The notes beneath the pieces were generated by a model that saw only the letters and a program-made list of their open reading frames with translations, ran no database searches and had not been told where the DNA came from. Made by a program: the position numbers and the translations under genes. A stretch of DNA of 64,000 nucleotides from a virus (lineage: Duplodnaviria; Caudoviricetes): positions 1 through 64,000 of the IMG/VR virus record IMGVR_UViG_3300014204_000015, one strand, 5' to 3'. Of this stretch, positions 27,967-36,261 are shown piece by piece (position 1 is the first letter of the stretch; each line of letters begins with the position of its first letter).

Positions 27967-29074
27967 TCTTGACCTCCCACTTAGCTTGACGACGGGTAAT
28001 CCATTGACGGCAAGCCATTCGCCAATCACTCGCGTGAATGGACTCTACCCACTTGAGAGCCTCTTGATAGCTCCGCTCCTTGTGAGCTCGAAAAGCCAAG
28101 GCCATCGGAAGGGCTACGTTGGGAAAGAACGGATTGCTCCAAACAGTAGGGAGTAAGTCGTTCAAACCGTTCCCGTAGCCTAGATGAACAAACATATTGC
28201 ATTCGACGTCAAAGCGGTCAGGGTCAAGCACCATCGGGTAGGGGTAAACATTGTCGCGGTACTCTCGATTGTAAGTAGCTTCTAGCCACTTCGCTGGTGT
28301 CCACCGTTCCGTGTAAACGTGAAGGTTGTTCGTGAATTGGTAGTATCTCCCGACGGATACCCCAATTCGGGCTGCGAGATACTCCTGGAGAACGGAGAAG
28401 TGAACGACGTTTGCCCCAAGCATCCCCCAGATCATGTCATTGGATCGGTTACACACCGTCATGTCGAGAAACTTGGTGTAGACGGCCGTGCCTTGTTCTG
28501 AGAATCCGTCGGGCTCTATGGTGAGGGCCTCTCTAATGGCGAAGTAGGCCTGTGTATTACATGGCACATCCTTCCCGCCGTTGACGGCTTTGTAGGGGTC
28601 GCTCCAATTGGATCCATTAGTAAGCAGGCCAGGGTGAGGAGGTTCTACAGTAGCATCCCACATCTGGAGCACTACCCGTCGGCTAGTTGGGGTTTTCTTG
28701 AGTTCCTCTACGATAGCATCGAGTTGATCGTAGCCGAACCACTTGCGCCAACGGTAGCCGTAGGCTCCGTGGAACACTTCTTGGTCGTCGCTGAACTCCG
28801 TCATCTTGGAGTTATACCAAGCCAGAGGGGTCACATCTCGACGGCCTGCGAGCATCCAGAGGGCTTCGTACAGGTGGAAGAACGGGTTGCAGTCCCGGGC
28901 TTCATTGAACAAAACCCGCTCACACGGATTCCGGTAGGTGACCAAAACCGGCTCGGTGATCTGAATCACATCCCCGTATCGGCTTGGTGTTTTCCGGGTA
29001 GGGAGGAGGCCGTTGTGAAGGTCTTTAACAAGGCCATAGAATGCGTCATTCACGTTCCGATAAGAGGCTTCCAT
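27959..29074 (-). CDS. Thymidylate synthase homolog, probable dUMP hydroxymethylase
   Basis: NPFFH.YEALWMLAG, FSDD...FHGAYG.RWR..F..DQL, DVPCN, NRSNDMIWG..GAN..HF (Asn specifying dU substrate). Confidence 0.8.
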   Translation of the reverse strand: MEASYRNVNDAFYGLVKDLHNGLLPTRKTPSRYGDVIQITEPVLVTYRNPCERVLFNEARDCNPFFHLYEALWMLAGRRDVTPLAWYNSKMTEFSDDQEVFHGAYGYRWRKWFGYDQLDAIVEELKKTPTSRRVVLQMWDATVEPPHPGLLTNGSNWSDPYKAVNGGKDVPCNTQAYFAIREALTIEPDGFSEQGTAVYTKFLDMTVCNRSNDMIWGMLGANVVHFSVLQEYLAARIGVSVGRYYQFTNNLHVYTERWTPAKWLEATYNREYRDNVYPYPMVLDPDRFDVECNMFVHLGYGNGLNDLLPTVWSNPFFPNVALPMALAFRAHKERSYQEALKWVESIHASDWRMACRQWITRRQAKWEVKNA

Positions 29075-29123
29075 TGAGATTCTCCGAAAATAGTTGCCGA
29101 CGTAAAGTGTTGCCGTATACCCT

Positions 29124-29129
29124 ATTATA
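29124..29129 (-). promoter_or_regulatory. -10 box (TATAAT) upstream of the TS operon
   Basis: TATAATAG on the minus strand; the same 8-mer precedes genes at 42800, 45269 and 46799. Confidence 0.5.
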
Positions 29130-29170
29130 AATACCCCGGAAAATTCTTGAAAATTTTCCCAATCTCCCTC

Positions 29171-29199
29171 TTGACTTTAGCCGATACCTGGTATAGATT
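29171..29199 (+). promoter_or_regulatory. Sigma70-like promoter for the histone-like gene
   Basis: TTGACT-17 bp-TAGATT. Confidence 0.6.
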
Positions 29200-29252
29200 A
29201 GTCGTAGCGGTTGGGGAGGCCCCGACCGAAGAAACCTTTTAGGAGCGAAACG

Positions 29253-29726
29253 ATGAAAGCTGTTGAGACCACCGACGTAGCCGAAACCGAAGTTGCCGCC
29301 CCCAAGGCCCCCAAGGCCAAGAAGGCTTCCGCCCAAAAGGCCATGGCCGACGCTGCGAAGGCCGCGAAGGCGAAGGCAGCGAAGAAGGCCCCGGTCAAGA
29401 AGGCTCCCGCTGCGAAGGCCGAGAAGGTTCCCGCCGCGAAGAAAGACGGGTTGCGCAAGCCGCAACTCCGCATCCTCCAGGCTCTCGCCTCTACCAAAGC
29501 CGTCGGCATGACCCGGGGCGAGATTGCCGCGAAGGCCCCGGTTGACGTAGCCGGTTGCACCGAGTGGATCGGCTCCAGCGATGCGGCGAAGAGGGCCGCG
29601 AACGACGCCAAGCACTTCCCGTCCCTGATCACGCTCGGTTTCGTCAAGTTGGGTACTCCTGCCGAGGGCGGGGCCGACTACTACTCCATCACCGCTGCCG
29701 GCCGCAAAGAGGCCGCGAAGGGCTAA
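29253..29726 (+). CDS. Histone H1-like Lys/Ala-rich protein with C-terminal winged-helix-like domain
   Basis: AGGAGCGA RBS; APKAPKAKKASAQKA/AKKAPVKKAPAAK repeats; LRKPQLRILQALA...MTRGEIA. Confidence 0.7.
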   Translation: MKAVETTDVAETEVAAPKAPKAKKASAQKAMADAAKAAKAKAAKKAPVKKAPAAKAEKVPAAKKDGLRKPQLRILQALASTKAVGMTRGEIAAKAPVDVAGCTEWIGSSDAAKRAANDAKHFPSLITLGFVKLGTPAEGGADYYSITAAGRKEAAKG

Positions 29727-29760
29727 CCCGCCGCCGTCAATCCCGTCTCCCTAGAGCCGC

Positions 29761-30318
29761 TCAATGCGGCTCTTTTCGTTGGTAGATGGCCGTAGAGGCC
29801 GCGTGGTGCTCTCGGGCCCACCCAGCTAGCCGGTAGCCCTCTACGTCGAACTCATCCCAATAGGCATTCAAATCGGGTTCTTCTAGGCCGTAGCTCCGAT
29901 AATTCAAGTGTAGCTTCGAGCAAGCTACGTCGGTGAAGATCAACCACTGGCATTTGACAATCGCTAGGGCCTCTTCCAATTCCTTCCGCTTGAGGGTAGT
30001 CAGTGTGTTGAAATCGGCTACCAATAGGTCAACCCGGTAGCCCCGCTTACTCCCATCGAACATCCCACAATACACATTCGTCAGCGAGTCCCGGAAGGCC
30101 GTGTTGTACGTCGATGGATCGGCTTCGTAGCCCGTGATCGCAACCTTGGGGTATCTCCTCCGTAGCTCTTTGGCCCATCCACCTAGGCCGTAGCGGATGT
30201 CTAGAACCGTCTTGGGAGTCTTCGGCAGTAACTCCAAGCAGCCAGCGAAGGCCTTAACATTCTTCGCTAGGTCTTTGCTTCGGATGAGTATGGCGGGGGT
30301 GCTTGAATTCATGGTCAT
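29761..30318 (-). CDS. SAM-dependent methyltransferase-like protein
   Basis: VLDIRYGLGGW glycine loop, ITGYEAD, DLLVADFN. Confidence 0.6.
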   Translation of the reverse strand: MTMNSSTPAILIRSKDLAKNVKAFAGCLELLPKTPKTVLDIRYGLGGWAKELRRRYPKVAITGYEADPSTYNTAFRDSLTNVYCGMFDGSKRGYRVDLLVADFNTLTTLKRKELEEALAIVKCQWLIFTDVACSKLHLNYRSYGLEEPDLNAYWDEFDVEGYRLAGWAREHHAASTAIYQRKEPH

Positions 30319-30322
30319 GAGT

Positions 30323-31153
30323 TTACCCTATGTTCCAGAAGAGGGTTGCGCCTTTCCATTCTCGACGGCTACGTAGCCACCATTGAAAGGCTTTGAGGTC
30401 GTAATATTCGTTGCAAGGCCAAGGGGGTTTCTCGGCTCCCTTGGCTTTGTCTTTGTAGCTATACTTCTCGTCAACTACGGCTACAAATAAGCCACTTATC
30501 CCCGTCTTATCTCGCAGGTACCTTAACACCTGATCATGAGAGCGGGAGTAACCTAGGTGGATGATAAACGTAGGCCGTACTATCCAAGGGTACTTAGCCA
30601 AAAAACCAGCGATAACTCCCGCCGCAATCGTGCCACTACTGGCCGGGATAATCACTTGATCGAACCGTCGGCTAGCCGGTACTTCCTTGGCTGTCTCAAC
30701 TACCGACTCCTCCAGCTTGAGGGCGTTAGGCATCATGTAGCCACCCAACTCCTCCATACGCTTCTTAGCGGCGTGGTAAAGAATACAGGACCGCCCAGCC
30801 GGAAGTCCTGCCAGCTCGGCCCCTAGGCTCTGAGCCTTTAGTTGAGGTTCCCTCATGGCCCAATCGTGCTTGTAGACCGGGTAAAAGTCGATGCACTTCT
30901 TCCCGAGAATCTGGCAGGCTCGGGCTACGGCCCACCCGGCTTGGCTATGGTACGTGTCGAGGGCCCCGATAATCCTTTCGGGCCGAGACTTGACCCGGGC
31001 GTACACTCCCCGGGTCTTACTGAACGGAGGGCCGGGGAACGGGCAGGCTAAGTCTTCTCGCTTCACCCAAAGACCGTACTCCTCCCGGTAATCCTCCACG
31101 GGGGTACCTTCCCGGAGCATGCCTTCGGCTACGATCCGCCCTAATTTGCTCAC
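30323..31153 (-). CDS. PLP-dependent enzyme (fold type II), putative glycinyl-thymidine decarboxylase
   Basis: LWVKREDL..P.PGP.FSK.RG, SQAG.AVA, VIIPASSGT; hypermodification context. Confidence 0.75.
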   Translation of the reverse strand: MSKLGRIVAEGMLREGTPVEDYREEYGLWVKREDLACPFPGPPFSKTRGVYARVKSRPERIIGALDTYHSQAGWAVARACQILGKKCIDFYPVYKHDWAMREPQLKAQSLGAELAGLPAGRSCILYHAAKKRMEELGGYMMPNALKLEESVVETAKEVPASRRFDQVIIPASSGTIAAGVIAGFLAKYPWIVRPTFIIHLGYSRSHDQVLRYLRDKTGISGLFVAVVDEKYSYKDKAKGAEKPPWPCNEYYDLKAFQWWLRSRREWKGATLFWNIG

Positions 31154-31972
31154 CTACACACCTCCCTTCACGTTCTGAAGCCCCCGAAGCACCGCCCTAG
31201 TAACCGGGCAGCCTTCGTAGCGGCGCAATCCTAGGCCTATCTCGTGCGTATCCTTGCCGAGAGGGTAGTGCCCCCCTAGGTGAGACTTCCACTTGCAGAA
31301 TATCGTCTCCGTCTCTTGGACATTCAGAGGCCGGTCATAGAGCGGGGGAGCCCGCCGCTTACCCATCGCCCGAAGAACGAATTGGTGGGCTAACGTCATA
31401 CGGTTTAGGGGTGACTCGATGAAGGGTATGAGCCGATATTGTTCGCAAGTAGCCATAGCCCCTTTCTTGGAGCTATCGAACATATGTACCAGCTCATCTT
31501 CGGTGAACTCGACGAAGGCTATCCCTAGCCGGTCAATCATATCGGGCACTTTCCACTTGACCCATTCCCCGAAGCCGTAGAGGTTCTTCACTCTAGCCAT
31601 CATAACCGCAGCCGTCGGCTTACCATCCAAGAGGTAATCCATCAACTGAGTAGGCTCGGGAAAGGTAGCCCGCAACCGTCGAATCGACTCGATGGCTAGG
31701 GCCCCTCGGAAGTGCCGACGTTCTGTCCCTCGGGGGTAGTCAGTACCGCCTAGGGCTATGGTAGTCATCGTGGACCAGAACTTCTTCGGGCCCTTACCCA
31801 CTATCCAACAAGCTAGTCCTGCGTGGTAGTAGCACCAATAGGCTATCAGCCAACGGATAAGGGTAGGCCGGTCCATACCCGAATGAAGCAGGGCTACGTA
31901 CAACGGGTCAAGGTCTTCAGAGTCAAGTAGCTTCCGCCCAAACTCGACAATACCCATCGGTTCAAATACCAC
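31154..31972 (-). CDS. Amino acid:DNA transferase (aGPT-Pplase2 type, HhH glycosylase fold)
   Basis: DLDP.Y..L, RWL.AYW..YH.G, PRG.ERRHFRG, GFGEW..WK..DM, ET..CKWKSH motifs. Confidence 0.8.
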   Translation of the reverse strand: MVFEPMGIVEFGRKLLDSEDLDPLYVALLHSGMDRPTLIRWLIAYWCYYHAGLACWIVGKGPKKFWSTMTTIALGGTDYPRGTERRHFRGALAIESIRRLRATFPEPTQLMDYLLDGKPTAAVMMARVKNLYGFGEWVKWKVPDMIDRLGIAFVEFTEDELVHMFDSSKKGAMATCEQYRLIPFIESPLNRMTLAHQFVLRAMGKRRAPPLYDRPLNVQETETIFCKWKSHLGGHYPLGKDTHEIGLGLRRYEGCPVTRAVLRGLQNVKGGV

Positions 31973-34286
31973 GGAACATCTCCTTGCGGAAGTCGGCCAT
32001 GGTGAGGGCTCGGGCCTCTCCCGCGAGAGTATCCCCGCAGCGTGGCTGCCCGCCGTTCTCTGACGCGCAATAGAGGCATCCTGACGGTGGGCAAGAGGAT
32101 AGGGGCCTGAACCGTTTACCGGAGCGTATGTACACCGGGACGGCGTGCCCGTGGCATTGAGCGGAGGTCGTAACCTCCCGGCCGATACTCACACCGGTTT
32201 TGTCGATGATCTCCCCGGCTTCGTTTCGCTCATAACGGTACTCATAACAGACCGAGTAGGTCAAGCCTAGCCGCTTGGCTTCGGCTGCGTAGAGGTCGTG
32301 AGCCTGTAGCCGGTACTCCTCCACGATGGTTCGTTGTCCACCAATGTTTTCCTGGAAGAGAGAAGCGAAGGCCAAGCCACGATCACCGAACCGCTTGATC
32401 ATTCTCTCGACCATCGCGGGGGCCCAAGAGTAACCGGCCTCAACAAACTTCACGATGACGTGGTCGGCTCCAGCCTTCCGTAGCCGTCGGAACAACTCGA
32501 TGATCTGCTCGTTGCTGGTTACCCCTGCGACAACCGGATTGACTTGGATTGAGACGTAGATGCCATGCTTCTTGAGCCGTCGAATATCTGCGAAGTGACC
32601 TTCCAAGTCCATCGCCCCGGGGGATAGCTTCTGCCAATCCTCCTGCGACGGTGTGTTGATAGACTTCTGCGCGTAGCTATGGGGGTTCTTCTTCAAGAGG
32701 TCGATAGCCCAAGCAGGGTATTTCAACCGGCTGAGGAAGAAGATAGGCAACCCAACCTCAACGCACGCCTCCGCAGCCGACTGGCTATTGTGATAAATCT
32801 CCTCCAGGGGCAAGAATGGGTCCGTGAATGATGAGAAGTAGACCGCCGCCCCTCGCTGGACCGTAGCCAACATCCCTCGCACCTGCTCCCCGTAATTCAT
32901 CGGGACGGTAATGAGGCCAGTCCCACGGTACCCGCGAAACCCCGAGTTCACGTAGCAATTGTGGACTAAGATACCTTGATGGTAGAAATTACCCGTTTCC
33001 GTTTCGATGTCGTAGACCCGAACTTTGCCTTGAACTCGGGTGATTTTCTCGACATAAGGATACCTAATCTTTCTAGGGTCTTTTGATCGAATACGATTAT
33101 TCGATAGCCTAAACTCCTGGCCAGTCGAATTTTCTCGCGGTCTGCTTCGGAAAAATACCCCTTGACTTCTACGTAAGCCCCGTGGGGTTGTAGTTTGAAA
33201 TCTGGTAAGTAGGCCGAACCATTCGGCAACGAAATAGCCAAGGGCTCGTAATCCCAATCGTACCCAGCTTTCTCGAAGTATTGGGCTGTCAATACTTCCC
33301 AAGTTGACCTCATGCGAAATGTTCGGCCCTTGCGGTCGGTGAAAGCTTGACGCTTGGATAGTCGAAACCCCGATATCCCGTTGCGGACAGCTTCGGCTCT
33401 TGCCAATCGAAAAGCCGGCGATTTCGGACCCTTGGCCCGCTGAGACATACTGTCTCGATGGGCTAGGGCGTGAGCACTCATCCTGGCCCGCGTCACCGCC
33501 GATTTGGGTTTGCCTTTGAGAACTGAAGATTTTCCCCGACATAATTTGCCGTTCGCAGACCGTACTTTCAGCAAGCAAGAGTCGCACACTAGCCGATTCT
33601 GAGGGATTGTGTTTTGGCAATCTCGACATTGAGGCATCTTCTAACTCCTCGCCATATTGTAAACTTTCAGCCGAAACCCAGCCCCGGCTTCTTGAATATA
33701 CTGGGTGATCTCCCGTCATTTGTAACTCTCGGCCGTCGGATAAGGTAATGACTACTAGTCCTTCAGGTTTCCAGTGACTACTAGTACCTAATACCCTAAC
33801 CGCTCTTCTATCTTCAATGGTACGTCCGTAGACCCAATCACCTACCTGAAATTGATCAATAGGCTTTGGTCCACTAGGGGTATCTACCATCCCCCCTTTT
33901 GGCAAAGAAAAGGCGCAGCCAACCATACACCAGCCACCGTAAGGCTCAGTCAATATCGCTTCGGTGAAACAGGGACGGGGCCGTGTACCCTTCGGCTCGT
34001 GGAGGCCTTTGTACCAACCCTGAAGTGGCTTGGCCTTCTCGATGCGCGTATGCGGGTAGGGCTCCAGGTAGGCCTTGACAACCTTGCGGTTCTCCTCCTT
34101 GGCGTTACGGGTCATCCCAATCTTGAGGCTACGCACCTTCACCTTCCGGCCAAACACCTCATCGTACTCTAGCCGAATTGGGCCGAGATTCTCGCGGGGC
34201 TCGGGCCGCATGAAGAAATTATAGTTGGTAGCCGCTGTGTTGTCGTCGTCTCCGACGGTCTGAATCGTAATCCAACTCTGAGACAT
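31962..34286 (-). CDS. Radical SAM enzyme (putative glycinyl-T isomerase) interrupted by an intein
   Basis: After splicing CMVGCAF+CY gives CxxxCxxC; YFSSFTDPF; AGGAGG RBS before ATG 34286. Confidence 0.8.
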   Translation of the reverse strand: MSQSWITIQTVGDDDNTAATNYNFFMRPEPRENLGPIRLEYDEVFGRKVKVRSLKIGMTRNAKEENRKVVKAYLEPYPHTRIEKAKPLQGWYKGLHEPKGTRPRPCFTEAILTEPYGGWCMVGCAFSLPKGGMVDTPSGPKPIDQFQVGDWVYGRTIEDRRAVRVLGTSSHWKPEGLVVITLSDGRELQMTGDHPVYSRSRGWVSAESLQYGEELEDASMSRLPKHNPSESASVRLLLAESTVCERQIMSGKIFSSQRQTQIGGDAGQDECSRPSPSRQYVSAGQGSEIAGFSIGKSRSCPQRDIGVSTIQASSFHRPQGPNISHEVNLGSIDSPILRESWVRLGLRALGYFVAEWFGLLTRFQTTTPRGLRRSQGVFFRSRPRENSTGQEFRLSNNRIRSKDPRKIRYPYVEKITRVQGKVRVYDIETETGNFYHQGILVHNCYVNSGFRGYRGTGLITVPMNYGEQVRGMLATVQRGAAVYFSSFTDPFLPLEEIYHNSQSAAEACVEVGLPIFFLSRLKYPAWAIDLLKKNPHSYAQKSINTPSQEDWQKLSPGAMDLEGHFADIRRLKKHGIYVSIQVNPVVAGVTSNEQIIELFRRLRKAGADHVIVKFVEAGYSWAPAMVERMIKRFGDRGLAFASLFQENIGGQRTIVEEYRLQAHDLYAAEAKRLGLTYSVCYEYRYERNEAGEIIDKTGVSIGREVTTSAQCHGHAVPVYIRSGKRFRPLSSCPPSGCLYCASENGGQPRCGDTLAGEARALTMADFRKEMFRGI
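32958..33908 (-). mobile_element. Intein (317 aa, Ser1...His-Asn, +1 Cys) in the radical SAM gene
   Basis: SLPKG..VDTPSG.KPI....VGD.V (block A), T.DHP (block B), VYDIETETGNFY..GILVHN|C (blocks F/G). Confidence 0.9.
32966..33637 (-). CDS. PD-(D/E)XK endonuclease nested out of frame inside the intein
   Basis: Own AGGAG RBS and ATG; CxxC..CxxC, NUMOD-like KGKPKS..TR..MS, RS.WE...YEP...YLPDF...VEVKG. Confidence 0.85.
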   Translation of the reverse strand: MPQCRDCQNTIPQNRLVCDSCLLKVRSANGKLCRGKSSVLKGKPKSAVTRARMSAHALAHRDSMSQRAKGPKSPAFRLARAEAVRNGISGFRLSKRQAFTDRKGRTFRMRSTWEVLTAQYFEKAGYDWDYEPLAISLPNGSAYLPDFKLQPHGAYVEVKGYFSEADREKIRLARSLGYRIIVFDQKTLERLGILMSRKSPEFKAKFGSTTSKRKRVISTIKVS

Positions 34287-34294
34287 AGCACCTC

Positions 34295-34831
34295 CTACGC
34301 GTGCAGCTGTAGTAACTTGAGAATAGTCCCGGGAGCCTGACGGGCACTTACCCGTCGGCAATCGACTCCCAGAGCTAACAATTTTACCCGCGAACGCTCG
34401 ATGACCGCTACCCGGTTCCGAGTATTCGCTTCATTGAGGGGCTTTTCGTTGCCGGCTTCCTCCCGACGTTTCTTGATCTGAGCAATACACTGCTCGACGG
34501 GCGTAGTCAAGTACAGTACGTGAACGTCGTCCAACTGGGAGGTCCACTTCACATCTTCGGAGAGCAGTAGCCCTTCGCAGAGGATATGAGAGCATTGAGG
34601 CAATACCATTTGGATTACCTCAAAGACCTGACGAGCACTACCGATGTTATCACATCCTCCACAGGTAGCCTCATAGTGACCTAGAACAGTTGTCATCCCG
34701 TAGTGATACCATAATGGATTCTTCCTACCTCGGGTGAAAACCTCTAGGGTACGTTCTCCCAGGGCCCTCATCACCTCCCGCATCACCCAGGTCTTACCTG
34801 AGCCGCTGGTTCCGCGTACTTGGACAATCAT
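34295..34831 (-). CDS. P-loop kinase of the hypermodification cluster (nucleotide kinase or DNA-kinase partner)
   Basis: VRGTSGSGKT, ILCEG, C...IKKRR; GGAGG RBS before ATG 34831. Confidence 0.75.
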   Translation of the reverse strand: MIVQVRGTSGSGKTWVMREVMRALGERTLEVFTRGRKNPLWYHYGMTTVLGHYEATCGGCDNIGSARQVFEVIQMVLPQCSHILCEGLLLSEDVKWTSQLDDVHVLYLTTPVEQCIAQIKKRREEAGNEKPLNEANTRNRVAVIERSRVKLLALGVDCRRVSARQAPGTILKLLQLHA

Positions 34832-34848
34832 AGGTTCCTCCAATGAAA

Positions 34849-35087
34849 GGTGGAGAGTCGGCATACTCGTTCTCGGTTACAACATGACGGTCGCCAGCTC
34901 TCCGCCATCATTTCTAGTAAAGGTGGAGGACGGCATACCCCTAATCGGTTACATTTGGGCATTCGCCGGTCCTCCACTATTGTATTAAGCTATCCATTCC
35001 CGGGGTCGGTTACAAGGAAAGAATCAGATAGCTATTGATTTGGGCCTAGTAAATTCATACTCGGTTACATGCGGGTTCTCACTAGGC
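34849..35087 (-). ncRNA. Dual-spacer stem-loop guide array, four units (TIGR-like), downstream of the tas-like gene
   Basis: TGTAACCGA at plus-strand 34873, 34945, 35006, 35061; each flanked by two 9-nt variable segments and closed by a unit-specific inverted repeat. Confidence 0.85.
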
Positions 35088-36020
35088 TTTGTACGGTTGG
35101 AATGGAGTATTAGTCCATTCGAGCCAGAGGTTCTTGAGGATTAACTTGGTAGCGAGCAACATCCCATGCTTGTGGGCGTGGCCGCATTTCTCCCCGATAC
35201 CTCCGCACGTTAGGCATTTCTTCTTGGCATGGTTCTTACCCTTACATTTGTCGCAGGGCTTCCACTCCCACTCTGGGTGAGTCTGCCGGGCTCGAATCTT
35301 CGCTTCAAGCCAACGGCTACGGTAGATGCCAGAACCGTTCTGCTTGATAAGGTTCTCCCCGATGATGTAGGACACGCTACGTCGGCGGGGAGGATAACCA
35401 AAGTTGGTCCAATCTTCGGCCGTTAGCTTCTGGAGGCCCTTCTTGTTACCTGCTCGGCTTTTCCAAGAGGCCCCCATCAGGGTTTCCTCCCCCTTCGTAA
35501 ATGGAGCACACCCTAGCCGTTTCCAAACCTTCGCGGGATTGGGGTAGTTATTCAAGTCACCCGTCTCCCCAATAATGACGGCTAGGGACATCAGGCCGAA
35601 TCCGGCTTGATTGGGCTCAGCTACCCAAGAGGCCACCGGAAGAGTCTTGACCAGGGCTAGCATTTCCTTCTCAAAGATATCCTGTTGGGTATCGTAGCCA
35701 TCGACGGCTATGTTAGTCGTGAGGATGATGCTTCGTAGAGGATGCTGTTCCCCGTCAATAACCCCCTTAATTATTCCGGTGGCCTCCTTGAACAGCTTGA
35801 GGCGGTCTGCCTCCTTGAGCCCGCTACTATAGCCGAGAGTCCCAGCCACGGTAGCTTGGAGCCGATTGGCTATCATGATTCGGCTCTTGATGACCCACGC
35901 CCTCTGCCGTTGGAGGGCTTGTAGTTCCGCCGACACCTCAGCTACGTTACATTCGCTCCTTCGGTTACAATATGGAACTCGTTTAGCTGAGGATGTCGGC
36001 TTCTGTTTCTTCTTAGCCAT
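35082..36020 (-). CDS. IS110/Nop-domain protein lacking the RuvC domain (TasA-like RNA-guided DNA-binding protein)
   Basis: GFGLMSLAVIIGETGDLNNY.NPAKVWKRLG.AP, GY..RRRS...IGE.LIK, HAH...L..K.IL..LW..W; no N-terminal DEDD; flanked by guide-like arrays. Confidence 0.75.
   Translation of the reverse strand: MAKKKQKPTSSAKRVPYCNRRSECNVAEVSAELQALQRQRAWVIKSRIMIANRLQATVAGTLGYSSGLKEADRLKLFKEATGIIKGVIDGEQHPLRSIILTTNIAVDGYDTQQDIFEKEMLALVKTLPVASWVAEPNQAGFGLMSLAVIIGETGDLNNYPNPAKVWKRLGCAPFTKGEETLMGASWKSRAGNKKGLQKLTAEDWTNFGYPPRRRSVSYIIGENLIKQNGSGIYRSRWLEAKIRARQTHPEWEWKPCDKCKGKNHAKKKCLTCGGIGEKCGHAHKHGMLLATKLILKNLWLEWTNTPFQPYKA
35938..35990 (-). ncRNA. Single dual-spacer stem-loop unit inside the 5' end of the tas-like ORF
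   Basis: TCAGCTA..CGA-GTTCCATAT-TGTAACCGA-AGGAGCGAA-TG..TAGCTGA. Confidence 0.7.
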
Positions 36021-36041
36021 TTGACTCTCCTAGTTAGAAAA

Positions 36042-36252
36042 TACTAGCAGTACCTCGATCGGTTACAAAGACCTTATCGCTAGTAGTTGTTTTGGGCTAC
36101 CCAACGTTCTATTCGGTTACACGCAGTTTATCAGGTAGCAGTAGTTTGATGCGCCACGGGCATCCTCGGTTGCAAGACGATATTCGGCGCATGATGTTTT
36201 GAAAGCCTACCCAATGCCCATGATCGGTTACACCTCTTCGCTCAGGTAGGCT
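36042..36252 (-). ncRNA. Dual-spacer stem-loop guide array, four units (TIGR-like), upstream of the tas-like gene
   Basis: Loop repeat at plus-strand 36059, 36113, 36166 (TGCAACCGA variant), 36224; stems TACTAGC, GCTACC, ATGCGCC, AGCCTACC. Confidence 0.85.
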
Positions 36253-36261
36253 AATGGATTG

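Noticed and set aside
35082-36020. Active IS110 transposase / insertion sequence
   Set aside because: Only the C-terminal Nop-like half is present, with no N-terminal DEDD RuvC domain; flanks are multi-unit dual-spacer arrays rather than a single bridge-RNA end.
34849-36252. Series of rho-independent terminators
   Set aside because: Stems enclose fixed-geometry internal loops with an invariant central 9-mer, most lack U tracts, and they lie mid-operon.
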